From Pseudomonadota bacterium (GTDB lineage Bacteria; Pseudomonadota; Alphaproteobacteria; Rhizobiales; CALHAX01), in the NCBI GenBank assembly GCA_038534255.1, contig JBCAXC010000001.1, positions 1 through 24,204 on the forward strand: DNA of 24,204 nt. The letters are read 5' to 3'. The translations under genes were made by a program, and so were the position numbers. The notes under the pieces are model-generated. The model ran no database searches, was not told where the DNA came from, and worked only from the letters and a program-made list of their open reading frames with translations. Below are positions 1-8,265 of this stretch, in pieces. How positions within the stretch are numbered: position 1 is the first letter of the stretch; each line of letters opens with the position of its first letter.

Positions 1-2
1 GG

Positions 3-347
3 CGACAGCTGGAGCATTGGCACACTGGTGCGATGACACGGCGAGCGTCAAATCTCGACGCCATCGAGCCGGGACCGTCGGCCAGCATTCATCCGCTCAC
101 GCTGCGCAAGCTCGGCGCCCAGCCGGGCGATCTTGTGCGGATCGCAACGCGGCGCGGGTCGATCGAACTCGCCGCGCGTTCGGACGAAGCCATGCAGCAC
201 AACGTGGTGTTCGTCCCGTTTGCCTATGTCGAAGCCTCCGCGAACGAGCTGACCAATCCACAACTCGATCCCGTCGGCAAAATTCCGGAGTTCAAATATT
301 GCGCCGCGCGGATCGAGCCGGTGATGCAGCAGGTGGCGGCCGAGTAA
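3..347 (+). CDS. Formate dehydrogenase alpha subunit (FdhF/FdsA-like), C-terminal molybdopterin dinucleotide-binding domain; 5'-truncated by the window edge
   Basis: Frame is open from position 3: RQLEHWHTGAMTRRAS...VFVPFAYVEASANELTNPQLDPVGKIPEFKYCAARIE. HWHTG.MTRR and LDP.GKIPEFK.CA are hallmark FDH-alpha C-terminal motifs. Confidence 0.9.
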   Translation, partial: RQLEHWHTGAMTRRASNLDAIEPGPSASIHPLTLRKLGAQPGDLVRIATRRGSIELAARSDEAMQHNVVFVPFAYVEASANELTNPQLDPVGKIPEFKYCAARIEPVMQQVAAE

Positions 348-394
348 TCTGCCGTCACTCGACGGTGCGTTGCGAGCAGACATAAGGGGAGCCG

Positions 395-2053
395 GTGGCA
401 CGACGCGCATATGACTATGTGATTGTCGGCGCCGGCTCGGCCGGTTGCGTGCTGGCGAACGCGTTGAGCGAGGACGGTGCTTGCTCTGTCCTCGTGCTCG
501 AAGCGGGCCCGCCGGATCGCAATCTCTGGATTCATGTGCCGGCGGGCGTCTACCACGCGTATCGCAACCCGAAGATCAACTGGAACTACGCGACGGAGCC
601 GGAAGCCGAGCTGGACAACCGGCAGGTCAGCATGCCGCGCGGTCGGGTCGTCGGTGGCTCGTCGTCCATCAACTCGATGGTCTACATGCGCGGACATCCC
701 CTCGACTACGACAACTGGGAAGCCGCCCACGGCCTTGAAGGCTGGAGCTATGCGGACTGCCTGGCGTACTTCAAGGCCGGCGAGACCAGCGACCGCGGAG
801 AAAATATGTGGCGCGGTGGGAGCGGCAGGCTCGGCGTCACGCAGGGAACCTATCAGAACCCGCTTTATGACGCGTTCATCGAAAGTGGCGAGCAGGCTGG
901 CGAGGGCCACTCTGACGATCTGAACGGGTTCCAGCCGGAAGGGGTGGCGCGCTTCGACGCAACGCGATGGAACGGGCGCCGGTGCAGCGCGGCGGTGGCA
1001 CATCTGAAACCTGCGCTCGCTCGTAGCAACCTGACGCTTGAGACTGACGCGATGGTGCAGCGACTGGCCTGCAACGGCAATCGCGTGACCGGGCTCAGCT
1101 ATCGGCGCGGCGGGACGCTCCACGAGGTTGAGGCGGAGCGGGACGTCATCCTCTGCGGTGGCGCGATTAATTCTCCGCAGACACTGATGCTCTCGGGGAT
1201 CGGGCCTGCTGACGCGCTTCGGGCGCATGACATCACGCCCGTCGTCGATCTGCCGGGTGTCGGGCAGAACCTGCAGGACCACGCGAGTGTCGTGATGCAG
1301 TGGGCGTGCACGAAGCCAGTATCGATCGACAAGGCCGCATCGCCCCTCATGCAAGCGCGGCACGGGCTGGAATGGATTTTTACGCGCGGTGGACTTGCGG
1401 CTTCGAACGTCTGGGAAGCGGGCGGACTTGTGCGGAGTGGGCCGGATGTGCCCTATCCCGATGTGCAGTATCATTTTGGTCCGGTCGGGATCGAGATGAT
1501 CGGCGAGACGCTCAAGCTGAACCAGGCTTTTGCGGTCCATATCGACGTGTTGCGGCCCCGCAGTCGCGGTGCTGTCACGCTGAAGTCTGCGAACCCGTCA
1601 GACTCACCGGCGATGACGTTCCACTACATGCAGGATCGCGAAGACCTCGACATCATGATCGCCGGGATGCGGCGGCTGCGAGAGATCGTGAACCAACCGG
1701 CATTTGATGAATTTCGGGGCGCCGAACAGGGGCCGAGCGCCGGTGCGGAGACGGACGAGGCATTGGCGGGCGCGGTCCGTGCGATGAGCGAGACGGATTA
1801 TCATCCGTGCGGGACCTGCCGGATGGGACATGGCGCGGACGCGGTGGTGGACACGGCGTTTTGCGTTCACGGGATCAGCGGGCTGCGCGTCGTCGATGCG
1901 TCCGTGATGCCGCAGGTGATCAGCGCCAACCTCAACGCGCCGACACAGATGATTGCTGCGCGGGCGGCTGACATTATTCGTGAGCGCCCGCCGCTTCCGC
2001 CGATCACAGCTCCGTTTCACTTTCACGGCGGTTCCAAGCCGCCAGCAGCATAA
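395..2053 (+). CDS. betA: Choline dehydrogenase-like GMC oxidoreductase (FAD), 552 aa
   Basis: GTG start with AAGGGGA RBS at 384-390. GAGSAG FAD motif, PRGRVVGGSSSINSMVYMRG GMC signature, C-terminal YHPCGTCRMG and LRVVDASVMP..SANLNAPT. The family call is solid; choline as substrate is inferred. Confidence 0.8.
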   Translation: MARRAYDYVIVGAGSAGCVLANALSEDGACSVLVLEAGPPDRNLWIHVPAGVYHAYRNPKINWNYATEPEAELDNRQVSMPRGRVVGGSSSINSMVYMRGHPLDYDNWEAAHGLEGWSYADCLAYFKAGETSDRGENMWRGGSGRLGVTQGTYQNPLYDAFIESGEQAGEGHSDDLNGFQPEGVARFDATRWNGRRCSAAVAHLKPALARSNLTLETDAMVQRLACNGNRVTGLSYRRGGTLHEVEAERDVILCGGAINSPQTLMLSGIGPADALRAHDITPVVDLPGVGQNLQDHASVVMQWACTKPVSIDKAASPLMQARHGLEWIFTRGGLAASNVWEAGGLVRSGPDVPYPDVQYHFGPVGIEMIGETLKLNQAFAVHIDVLRPRSRGAVTLKSANPSDSPAMTFHYMQDREDLDIMIAGMRRLREIVNQPAFDEFRGAEQGPSAGAETDEALAGAVRAMSETDYHPCGTCRMGHGADAVVDTAFCVHGISGLRVVDASVMPQVISANLNAPTQMIAARAADIIRERPPLPPITAPFHFHGGSKPPAA

Positions 2054-2055
2054 TG

Positions 2056-3384
2056 TTATTGCGTTGTCGTGGCAGGTGGAGCGGCTGACGCGGACTGTTC
2101 GGTCTGATCGCCGGTCTCTTCGGGTTCGATGGGTGTGATCCGCAGCGCGGTAATCTGGTTGCGCTGCTTGCGCAGCACTTCGATGCGGAAACGATAAAAC
2201 GTGAAGACCTGACCCGGCTCCGGAATCGTCTGGGCTTCATGAATCACGAGCCCGGCGATCGTGGTCGCTTCATCCTCGGGCAACGTCCAGTCCATGTGGC
2301 GATTGAGGTCGCGGACCGGCACCGAGCCATCAACGTTGACGGAACCCGTCGGTTGGGGGCGGATGCCCACATACTCGATGTCGTGCTCGTCGGTGATCTG
2401 CCCGACGATTTCCTCCAGAATATCCTCCAGCGTCACCAGCCCCATCACCTCGCCGTACTCGTCAACCACGAGGGCGAAATGGCTCTTGCGGCGGAGAAAC
2501 GCGTCGAGCTGTTCTTTCAGGCCTGTCGACTCCGGTACAAACCATGGGTCGGATGCAAAACTCTGAAAGTCGATCTGCTCGACGTCGTGGTCCTGGCGAT
2601 TGAGCTCTCGCAGGACATCCTTCACGTGGAGGATGCCGACAATATTCTCCGGTTCATCGCGATACATCGGAAGTCGCGTGTGCGGACTTCGCAGGACTTC
2701 GTCGAGTATTTTTGGCCCTGTGTCACCCGCGTCGATCGTCTGCATCTGCGTGCGATGCACCATGACGTCAACGACTTCGAGATCACCGAGATCGAGAATG
2801 CCGCCGAGCATGTCGCGATCGTGTTTGACCACGGCGCCGTCCTGATGGTGGAGATCGATGGTGCCGCGCAACTCTTCCTGTGCCGCGGTTGTTGCGTCAT
2901 CCTGCGAGGCGGTCAGGCGGCTGCCGAGGACGCGACGGACGATGAACTGAACGCCGTCTGCGATCGGTGCCAGGACGACCACGATCACGCGGAGGACCGG
3001 GGAGACGGCGAGCGCCATGCGTTCGGGAGCAAAAATCGCATAGGTCTTCGGCAAAACTTCAGCGAAGACGACGACGAGCGCCGTCATCGCCAGTGTCGCG
3101 TAGACGACGCCCGCCTCTCCGAAGATGCTCAGGAAGAGCGTTGTCGCGAGGGCGGAGGCGAGGATGTTAACAAGGTTGTTGCCGATCAGGATCGCGCCGA
3201 TCATACGCTCCGGCTCGCTTGCCAGCGCCGCCACCGTCGTCGCCCGCGTGTCTCCTTCCTTTTCGAGGGAACGGACCCGGGCACGCGAGGCCGCCGTCAT
3301 AGCGGTTTCCGATCCGGAGAAGAATGCGGAAATACTCAGGAGCACCACGATCGAAATCATGATGAGGATCATATCAGCGGTCAT
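2056..3384 (-). CDS. HlyC/CorC family (CNNM/DUF21 + 2 CBS + CorC_HlyC) Mg/Co transporter-associated protein
   Basis: SAFFSGSETA, ILIGNNLVNI and FAEVLPKT (DUF21); CBS pair with HTRLPMY and VVDEYGEVMGLVTLEDILEEIVGQI; C-terminal TTIAGLVI. Confidence 0.93.
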   Translation of the reverse strand: MTADMILIMISIVVLLSISAFFSGSETAMTAASRARVRSLEKEGDTRATTVAALASEPERMIGAILIGNNLVNILASALATTLFLSIFGEAGVVYATLAMTALVVVFAEVLPKTYAIFAPERMALAVSPVLRVIVVVLAPIADGVQFIVRRVLGSRLTASQDDATTAAQEELRGTIDLHHQDGAVVKHDRDMLGGILDLGDLEVVDVMVHRTQMQTIDAGDTGPKILDEVLRSPHTRLPMYRDEPENIVGILHVKDVLRELNRQDHDVEQIDFQSFASDPWFVPESTGLKEQLDAFLRRKSHFALVVDEYGEVMGLVTLEDILEEIVGQITDEHDIEYVGIRPQPTGSVNVDGSVPVRDLNRHMDWTLPEDEATTIAGLVIHEAQTIPEPGQVFTFYRFRIEVLRKQRNQITALRITPIEPEETGDQTEQSASAAPPATTTQ

Positions 3385-3502
3385 GTTCTGGTGTGTCTCG
3401 GTTGCGTGACGCAGGTGCGCCGGGGCTGGGGCCCTGGCTCAAAAGTGGTGTGGCCTCGGGCAAACGTCTCGGTAGATCGTCCTTCCCCGATATGCAGGTG
3501 CA

Positions 3503-4606
3503 CTATAGTGGGAACTCGTTGACCGGCAATTCATCCGCATGCGCGGCGACATTGTGTGCCAGCGCAGCGGCCTCCAGCAATCCAGTTTGCGTGTCCGCGG
3601 CGCCGACGACAGACGCAGCGTTGCATGCGGCGGCGCGGAGCGCGGCCTTGGCGGACGCGCCAGCGCCAAGACCGGCGCTGAGTGTCGATGCGAACGCATC
3701 TCCCGCGCCCGCCGTCCCGACGACATCAACGCGGCGTGCCGGGCAATAGAAAATCCTGTCACCATGCGCCAGGTAGGCACCGTCGACGCCGTCGGTAACC
3801 AGTATGCTGTGGGCACCGAACAGGCGGAGGCCCTTGAAGAAGCGCCGGAGGCCCATTTCGAACCCGCCGCCCGTCAAGCCGCGTTGTGCGAGGCGCGATG
3901 CGGCGTGGCCATCCGGGGACGACCCACCGGACAGCGGCGCACCGCCTTCTCCGCACTTCGCAACCAGCACCGGTACGAGGACGGCCGCTTCCGCCGCGTT
4001 CATGCAGAGGATGTCGATGTTAGGGAGGCAATCGAGAAACGCGTTGCCGCGCGCCGAGAGCTGCCGTGTCCCCGGATTGGTCGCAACCGTTGCGCCCGAC
4101 GCCCGCGCGGCGGCGACGAGCTGCGGGAAACGATCGGCGGAGTTGTTTGAAAGCGAGGAAACGTAGAGCAGGTCCACGCCGAAGTTTGCGGCAGCGACAT
4201 CGTCCGGTTCCAGACAGGTATTAGCACCGCGGAACGTGAAGATCGCGGCATTGCGCTCGTGCGAGGCCACAAGCACGGATGCGCCGGTTGGCTCGTCGTC
4301 GTCGCAAACGATGTGCGCAGTGCCGACATTCTCATCAGCGAGGCGCTGCAACACGAGGTCAGCGCGGTGATCCCGGCCGAGCTTGACGAGGGAGCTGACG
4401 TCGTGGCCCTGTCGCGCCATCGCGACGGCCGCGTTGATCGCACCGCCACCAACGTGCGTCGATATCTGCGACGCCTCGATCTTGCGACCCTCTTCGAGCA
4501 GCAGGAAATCAGCATCCGCGTTCCGCATCGTCATGCGCTCGATCCGGTCGCTCTGGATGATCGCAATGGTGTCGACCATGGCGCCGCCGACTGTGAGGAC
4601 TTTCAT
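3503..4606 (-). CDS. PfkB/ribokinase-family carbohydrate or nucleoside kinase, 367 aa
   Basis: Start reassigned to ATG 4606 (MKVLTVGGAMVD). N-terminal GGGAINAAVAMARQG and C-terminal VVGTAGAGDAF PfkB signatures. Confidence 0.88.
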   Translation of the reverse strand: MKVLTVGGAMVDTIAIIQSDRIERMTMRNADADFLLLEEGRKIEASQISTHVGGGAINAAVAMARQGHDVSSLVKLGRDHRADLVLQRLADENVGTAHIVCDDDEPTGASVLVASHERNAAIFTFRGANTCLEPDDVAAANFGVDLLYVSSLSNNSADRFPQLVAAARASGATVATNPGTRQLSARGNAFLDCLPNIDILCMNAAEAAVLVPVLVAKCGEGGAPLSGGSSPDGHAASRLAQRGLTGGGFEMGLRRFFKGLRLFGAHSILVTDGVDGAYLAHGDRIFYCPARRVDVVGTAGAGDAFASTLSAGLGAGASAKAALRAAACNAASVVGAADTQTGLLEAAALAHNVAAHADELPVNEFPL

Positions 4607-4693
4607 CCCGATGATCCGAAAAACTCGCTTGATCAAAGCAGATGCCGTAGCACACGCACGCATTGCGAAACACCAGCGTTGACAGGCGAGACG

Positions 4694-5866
4694 ATGACTG
4701 ACGTGGCGCGCGGATTTCCGAAGGCGGAGTATGAAGATCGGCTGGAGCGGGCCCACGCTGCGATGACGCGTGATGACCTGGACGCGCTGGTTGTCACGAC
4801 GCCGCAGAACGTGCGCTACTTCACGGGGTTTGCCTCGACATTCTGGGAGAGCCCGACCCGGCCTTGGTTTGTCATCGTGCCGCGTGGTGGGATGCCGTGG
4901 GCCGTCATACCGGACATCGGGGCGGACGGGTTTCGCGCCGCTTTCGTCGACGATATCGCGACGTGGCCAGCACCCCAGCCGGACGACGACGGCATTTCCC
5001 TCCTTCAGGCGCAACTCGAAGCGCTGCCACGGACAAGCGGGCGTATCGGTTTTGAGCTTGGTCGCGAGATGAGCCTGCGCATGCCGGTGCTCGACTTCGA
5101 TCAGCTGCGGTCAGACGTGCGCGGGCTCTCGTTTGTCGATGCGAGCCCGCTGATCTGGGAGCTGCGGCTCGAGAAGTCGGAGCGGGAGATCGCGGCGATA
5201 CGCCGGGCCTGTGAGATCGCCGGGGACGCATTCGAGGCACTTGAGCCCACTCTGGCGGTCGGGCAGAGCGAGCATGAGATCGCACGCACGTTTCGACAGA
5301 TGCTGCATGCGTGCGGCGCGGACCAGGTGCCTTTTCTCTCTGTCTGCTCGGGCGCCGGCAGCTACCGTCAGATCATCGTCGGACCTTCCGAGCGGACACT
5401 CGAGACGGGCGATGTGCTCTTCATCGACGTTGGCGCGACATGGGAGGGATATTTCTGTGACTTTGATCGCAACTTTGCATTTGGGACGCCCAGTGCCGCG
5501 GTGATGCGCGCGCAGGAGACGCTCTGGCAGGCGACAGAGGCCGGAATTGCGGCGGCCAGACCTGGGGCAACAACAGCAGATCTCTTTGCGGCGATGGCAG
5601 AGCGGATCGAAGCGGACGGTTTTGATTCACCAAGCACCGGGCGGCTTGGCCACGGACTTGGCCTACAGTTGACCGAGCCGCCGTCACACATGCCGGATCA
5701 CCCGGTCGTGCTCCGCCCAAACATGGTGCTGACGATCGAGCCGGGGCTCGAAATCGCGCCGGGGCGGATGCTCGTGCATGAGGAGAATATTGTTGTGCGG
5801 GACGGCGGAGCGGAGCTGCTCACGCGCCGCGCCCCACGGGAGATGCCTGTTGTTGGTGCAGGGTGA
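4694..5866 (+). CDS. M24B Xaa-Pro peptidase family protein (creatinase-like N domain + pita-bread domain), 390 aa
   Basis: Start reassigned to ATG 4694. N domain LDALVVTTPQNVRYFTG; binuclear metal ligands present in FIDVGA, YFCDFDR, GHGLG, TEPP and HEENI. Confidence 0.88.
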   Translation: MTDVARGFPKAEYEDRLERAHAAMTRDDLDALVVTTPQNVRYFTGFASTFWESPTRPWFVIVPRGGMPWAVIPDIGADGFRAAFVDDIATWPAPQPDDDGISLLQAQLEALPRTSGRIGFELGREMSLRMPVLDFDQLRSDVRGLSFVDASPLIWELRLEKSEREIAAIRRACEIAGDAFEALEPTLAVGQSEHEIARTFRQMLHACGADQVPFLSVCSGAGSYRQIIVGPSERTLETGDVLFIDVGATWEGYFCDFDRNFAFGTPSAAVMRAQETLWQATEAGIAAARPGATTADLFAAMAERIEADGFDSPSTGRLGHGLGLQLTEPPSHMPDHPVVLRPNMVLTIEPGLEIAPGRMLVHEENIVVRDGGAELLTRRAPREMPVVGAG

Positions 5867-5876
5867 TTGATCCGCG

Positions 5877-6422
5877 CTACCAGACCTGCGGCGCTTCGGT
5901 CCGGTCCGTCATCGTATAATCCCGCATGACCGAGAAGACGTGGCGGGTCACGCCGGGATGGTGCGCGGCCTGCAGCTCGCTCAGCGACGTCGGGCCGCTC
6001 GCGTCATAGAGGGCCAGGTGACGCGTCTCGTTGTATACGCTTTGATAAGTTTCCCCACCGCCCGGCACATTGACATCACCGCTGGTCTCAAGCGCGACTA
6101 TCCATCGTTCGGGTAGACTCGCGTCTCCTTGCTGTGGGCGATGTTCCGGGCAGATGCGGATGCGGTAGTCCGCGAAGTGGATCAGGCGGCCAGCTTTTTG
6201 CGCGCCATGGTGGCGGACGTTGTTACGCCAGCGGACAAGATGCGCCGCGTCCTGCCAATGCTGATGCGACAGGATTTTTGTGGGCGTCGACAGGCTGCGG
6301 AATCGGTCGATGTGAAGGACACCACCGTTCTCGTCGAGATCCGGCCGGAGGGCTGCAGCGGTGTCAAAGTATGCCGCCTCATGTCCGTCGTTCGGCCAAA
6401 CTTCGAAAAACAGGCCGATCAT
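5877..6422 (-). CDS. Antibiotic biosynthesis monooxygenase (ABM)-family protein, 181 aa
   Basis: MIGLFFEV.P..G.EAAYFD.AA.LRP, IDRFRSL, W.D...L.RWRN...H..AQ..GR...FADYRIRI and C-terminal RDY.M.DR.EAP are typical of this ABM subfamily. Confidence 0.8.
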   Translation of the reverse strand: MIGLFFEVWPNDGHEAAYFDTAAALRPDLDENGGVLHIDRFRSLSTPTKILSHQHWQDAAHLVRWRNNVRHHGAQKAGRLIHFADYRIRICPEHRPQQGDASLPERWIVALETSGDVNVPGGGETYQSVYNETRHLALYDASGPTSLSELQAAHHPGVTRHVFSVMRDYTMTDRTEAPQVW

Positions 6423-6460
6423 GGCGCTTCCCTCTCCCGCGTTGGGCCAGCACCGGATCG

Positions 6461-6502
6461 AAAATGCACAGCGACCGCGCGTTGTGACCCGCGCGGCCGC
6501 TG
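6461..6502 (-). terminator. Probable intrinsic terminator of rpmB
   Basis: Minus strand CAGCGGCCGCGCG-ggtcacaa-CGCGCGGTCGCTG forms a 13-bp stem with one G-U pair, followed by tgcatttt, 29 nt after the rpmB stop. Confidence 0.6.
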
Positions 6503-6531
6503 CTCAAACCATTGAAGCGCAGGGCGCCCGA

Positions 6532-6849
6532 TCAGGCTTCCGCGCCAGCCGCAGACTGGGATGCACCGTCGGCCATCGCCTTGGCGACATCGCGCTTGAT
6601 CCGGCGCGCGTTGATCGAGAGCTCGTCCGCCTTGGCCTTGGCGAGGAACGCATCGAGGCCACCGCGATGCTCGACCGTGCGGAGCGCCTGTGCCGAAACG
6701 CGCAGGCGGAACGAGCGATTGAGCGTGTCGCTGATCAAGGTCACATCGCAGAGGTTCGGCAGGAATCGACGCCGCGTCTTGTTGTTCGCGTGGCTGACAT
6801 TGTTGCCAGTCATCACGCCCTTGCCTGTCAATTCACACCGGCGGGCCAT
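6532..6849 (-). CDS. rpmB: 50S ribosomal protein L28, 105 aa
   Basis: [33 protein letters not shown]...[14 protein letters not shown]. Start at ATG 6849 with AAGGA RBS. Confidence 0.97.
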   Translation of the reverse strand: MARRCELTGKGVMTGNNVSHANNKTRRRFLPNLCDVTLISDTLNRSFRLRVSAQALRTVEHRGGLDAFLAKAKADELSINARRIKRDVAKAMADGASQSAAGAEA

Positions 6850-6958
6850 GGCACCGTATCCTTGTTCTGAAACGTCAGCGCCCGCCGCATTGGGGGCGAC
6901 AAGGACGTCGTTCGCGTATTCGGGAGTGCGCGGTCTGAGCCCACGCGCGTTTGGCGGT

Positions 6959-6988
6959 GTATAGTCAGGCCCGGTCGCAAGCGTCAAG
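6959..6988 (-). promoter_or_regulatory. RpoD-type promoter of rpmB
   Basis: Minus strand CTTGAC-N18-CTATAC, close to the rhizobial RpoD consensus CTTGAC-N17-CTATAT, about 110 nt upstream of the ATG. Confidence 0.65.
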
Positions 6989-7147
6989 CACTACTCCGGC
7001 TGGCCCAATCGCACATTCTACATGCCCTCCGGACGGGATGCGTTATCGTGGTCCCATCACCAAGCCGGACGACATAGTGTCGGCTCAATCGCGCCATAGC
7101 TCGCGCGCCAGCCATGCTTTTCGCCATCCTTCACCGGAGCCGCCCAT

Positions 7148-7990
7148 ATGACCCTTTCGTCGTTTCGGACTGCGACCGCTGCGCTTGCTTTGCTGGCGGT
7201 TGTCATGCCGACAGCAAGCGTGCAGGCCGGTTCCGAGGTCTCACGGGTGACGGCCAACTATCGCATCCAGCTGGCCGGGGTCGAGTTCGGGAAGTTCACG
7301 TTCTCCTCTCGCCTCGATGGCGACACGTACGCCACGAGCAGCGAGGCGAAGCTGAAAGCGCTGTTTGGCGCATTCAAGTGGCGCGGCGCGGCGAATGTGA
7401 CGGGCCAGACGACGGCGCGTGGGCCGATGCCAGCGCGATATGCCTACTCCTATCGTCGCAACAAGCGGAAAACACGGTCTGTCACTGTCAGCTTTTCCAA
7501 GCGGCGGGTGACGAGCGTCACCTTGAACCCGCAGCGCAACCTTAAGAAGGGGCGCGTGCCTGTGACCGAGGCTCACAAGATCGGGGTGCTCGACCCGATG
7601 AGCGCGCTTGCCCAGCTCTCGATGCCCGTCGGTGGCGGACACCCCTGCAAGCAGAAGATCCAGGTCTTTGACGGTCGGCACCGCTTCGATGTGGCGCTCA
7701 CACCGAGGGGGCGTCGCACGATAGAGACGCAGACGCGTCGCGGGTTCGGCAAGCAGGCGTTCGTCTGTGCCGTGCGCTACACGCCGATTTCCGGGCACAA
7801 GACAGGCAAGAAGTACGACTACATCGCCGAGGGCAAAGCCATCACCGTGCTGATGGTCCCGGCGCGCGATGCGGACCTCTACGTGCCATACCGGATCACG
7901 GTGCCTACGATCGTCGGGAATGCCGTGCTTCAGGCGCAGAACGTTAATGTCATGCTGCGCGATCAGCGGCGGTTGGCGTTGTCGAACTGA
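7148..7990 (+). CDS. DUF3108 domain-containing exported protein, 280 aa
   Basis: Signal peptide (ALALLAVVMPTASVQA), Y.I..AG...G start of a beta-rich body, VLDPMSAL, VFDGRHRFDV, C.VRYTPISGH, PYRITVPT.VG. GGAG RBS. Divergent from rpmB, as is common in Alphaproteobacteria. Confidence 0.8.
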   Translation: MTLSSFRTATAALALLAVVMPTASVQAGSEVSRVTANYRIQLAGVEFGKFTFSSRLDGDTYATSSEAKLKALFGAFKWRGAANVTGQTTARGPMPARYAYSYRRNKRKTRSVTVSFSKRRVTSVTLNPQRNLKKGRVPVTEAHKIGVLDPMSALAQLSMPVGGGHPCKQKIQVFDGRHRFDVALTPRGRRTIETQTRRGFGKQAFVCAVRYTPISGHKTGKKYDYIAEGKAITVLMVPARDADLYVPYRITVPTIVGNAVLQAQNVNVMLRDQRRLALSN

Positions 7991-8265
7991 AGGACGACCG
8001 CCCGCAGTCGGAGCGTTTCGCCCGCCCGCCCATCGGCATCACACTTGCTTACCAGTCGGTAAACCGCTGCCCACCACGACGCACGGACGCTGCTTGGGCC
8101 GACATGCGGATCACGTGCCGGACTGTCACAAGTTTCTCTGCGATGTCCCGACGACACTGCTAAAGTCGCGGTCTTAACCATGAGGGGCTGATCATCACGA
8201 CCTCTCATCTTCAACAGGCCGGTGCGCGGACTACTGCGCACCAGCGCAACGGCTGAGAGTTTTTC

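Noticed and set aside
3403-3510. Short palindromes TGCGT-G-ACGCA and CACTATAGTG in the pfkB/hlyC gap
   Set aside because: Short, matching no known motif, and one overlaps the pfkB stop codon.
4629-4636. TTGATCAA palindrome in the pfkB/M24 divergent gap as an FNR/FixK box
   Set aside because: An FNR box needs TTGAT-N4-ATCAA; here the halves overlap with no spacer.
4259-5014. Overlapping N-terminal extensions of pfkB and the M24 gene in the ORF track (similar extensions for rpmB, fadH, creA and purL)
   Set aside because: Homology starts at downstream ATGs (4606, 4694, 6849, 20622, 21312, 16903), most with clear RBS; the extensions are artifacts of longest-ORF calling.
4694-5866. Calling the M24 protein creatinase or DddP
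   Set aside because: It keeps the full metal-ligand set, unlike creatinase, and I recognised no DddP-specific features; left at family level.
6977-6988. 12-mer TTGACGCTTGCG shared between the rpmB promoter and the fadH upstream palindrome
   Set aside because: At rpmB the right half is GCGACCG, not GCGTAAA, so it is only a -35 element. Likely coincidence.
7985-7994. 10-mer matches to the repeat linker (AACTGAAGGA at 7985-7994; CTCTTCAGTT at 18467-18476)
   Set aside because: They do not extend beyond 10 nt and lack the hairpin part; this is within chance given the number of comparisons.
8221-8242. Hairpin GGTGCGCGG-acta-CTGCGCACC upstream of the helicase
   Set aside because: A real 9-bp stem, but it has no U-tract and does not cover the RBS; no function can be supported.
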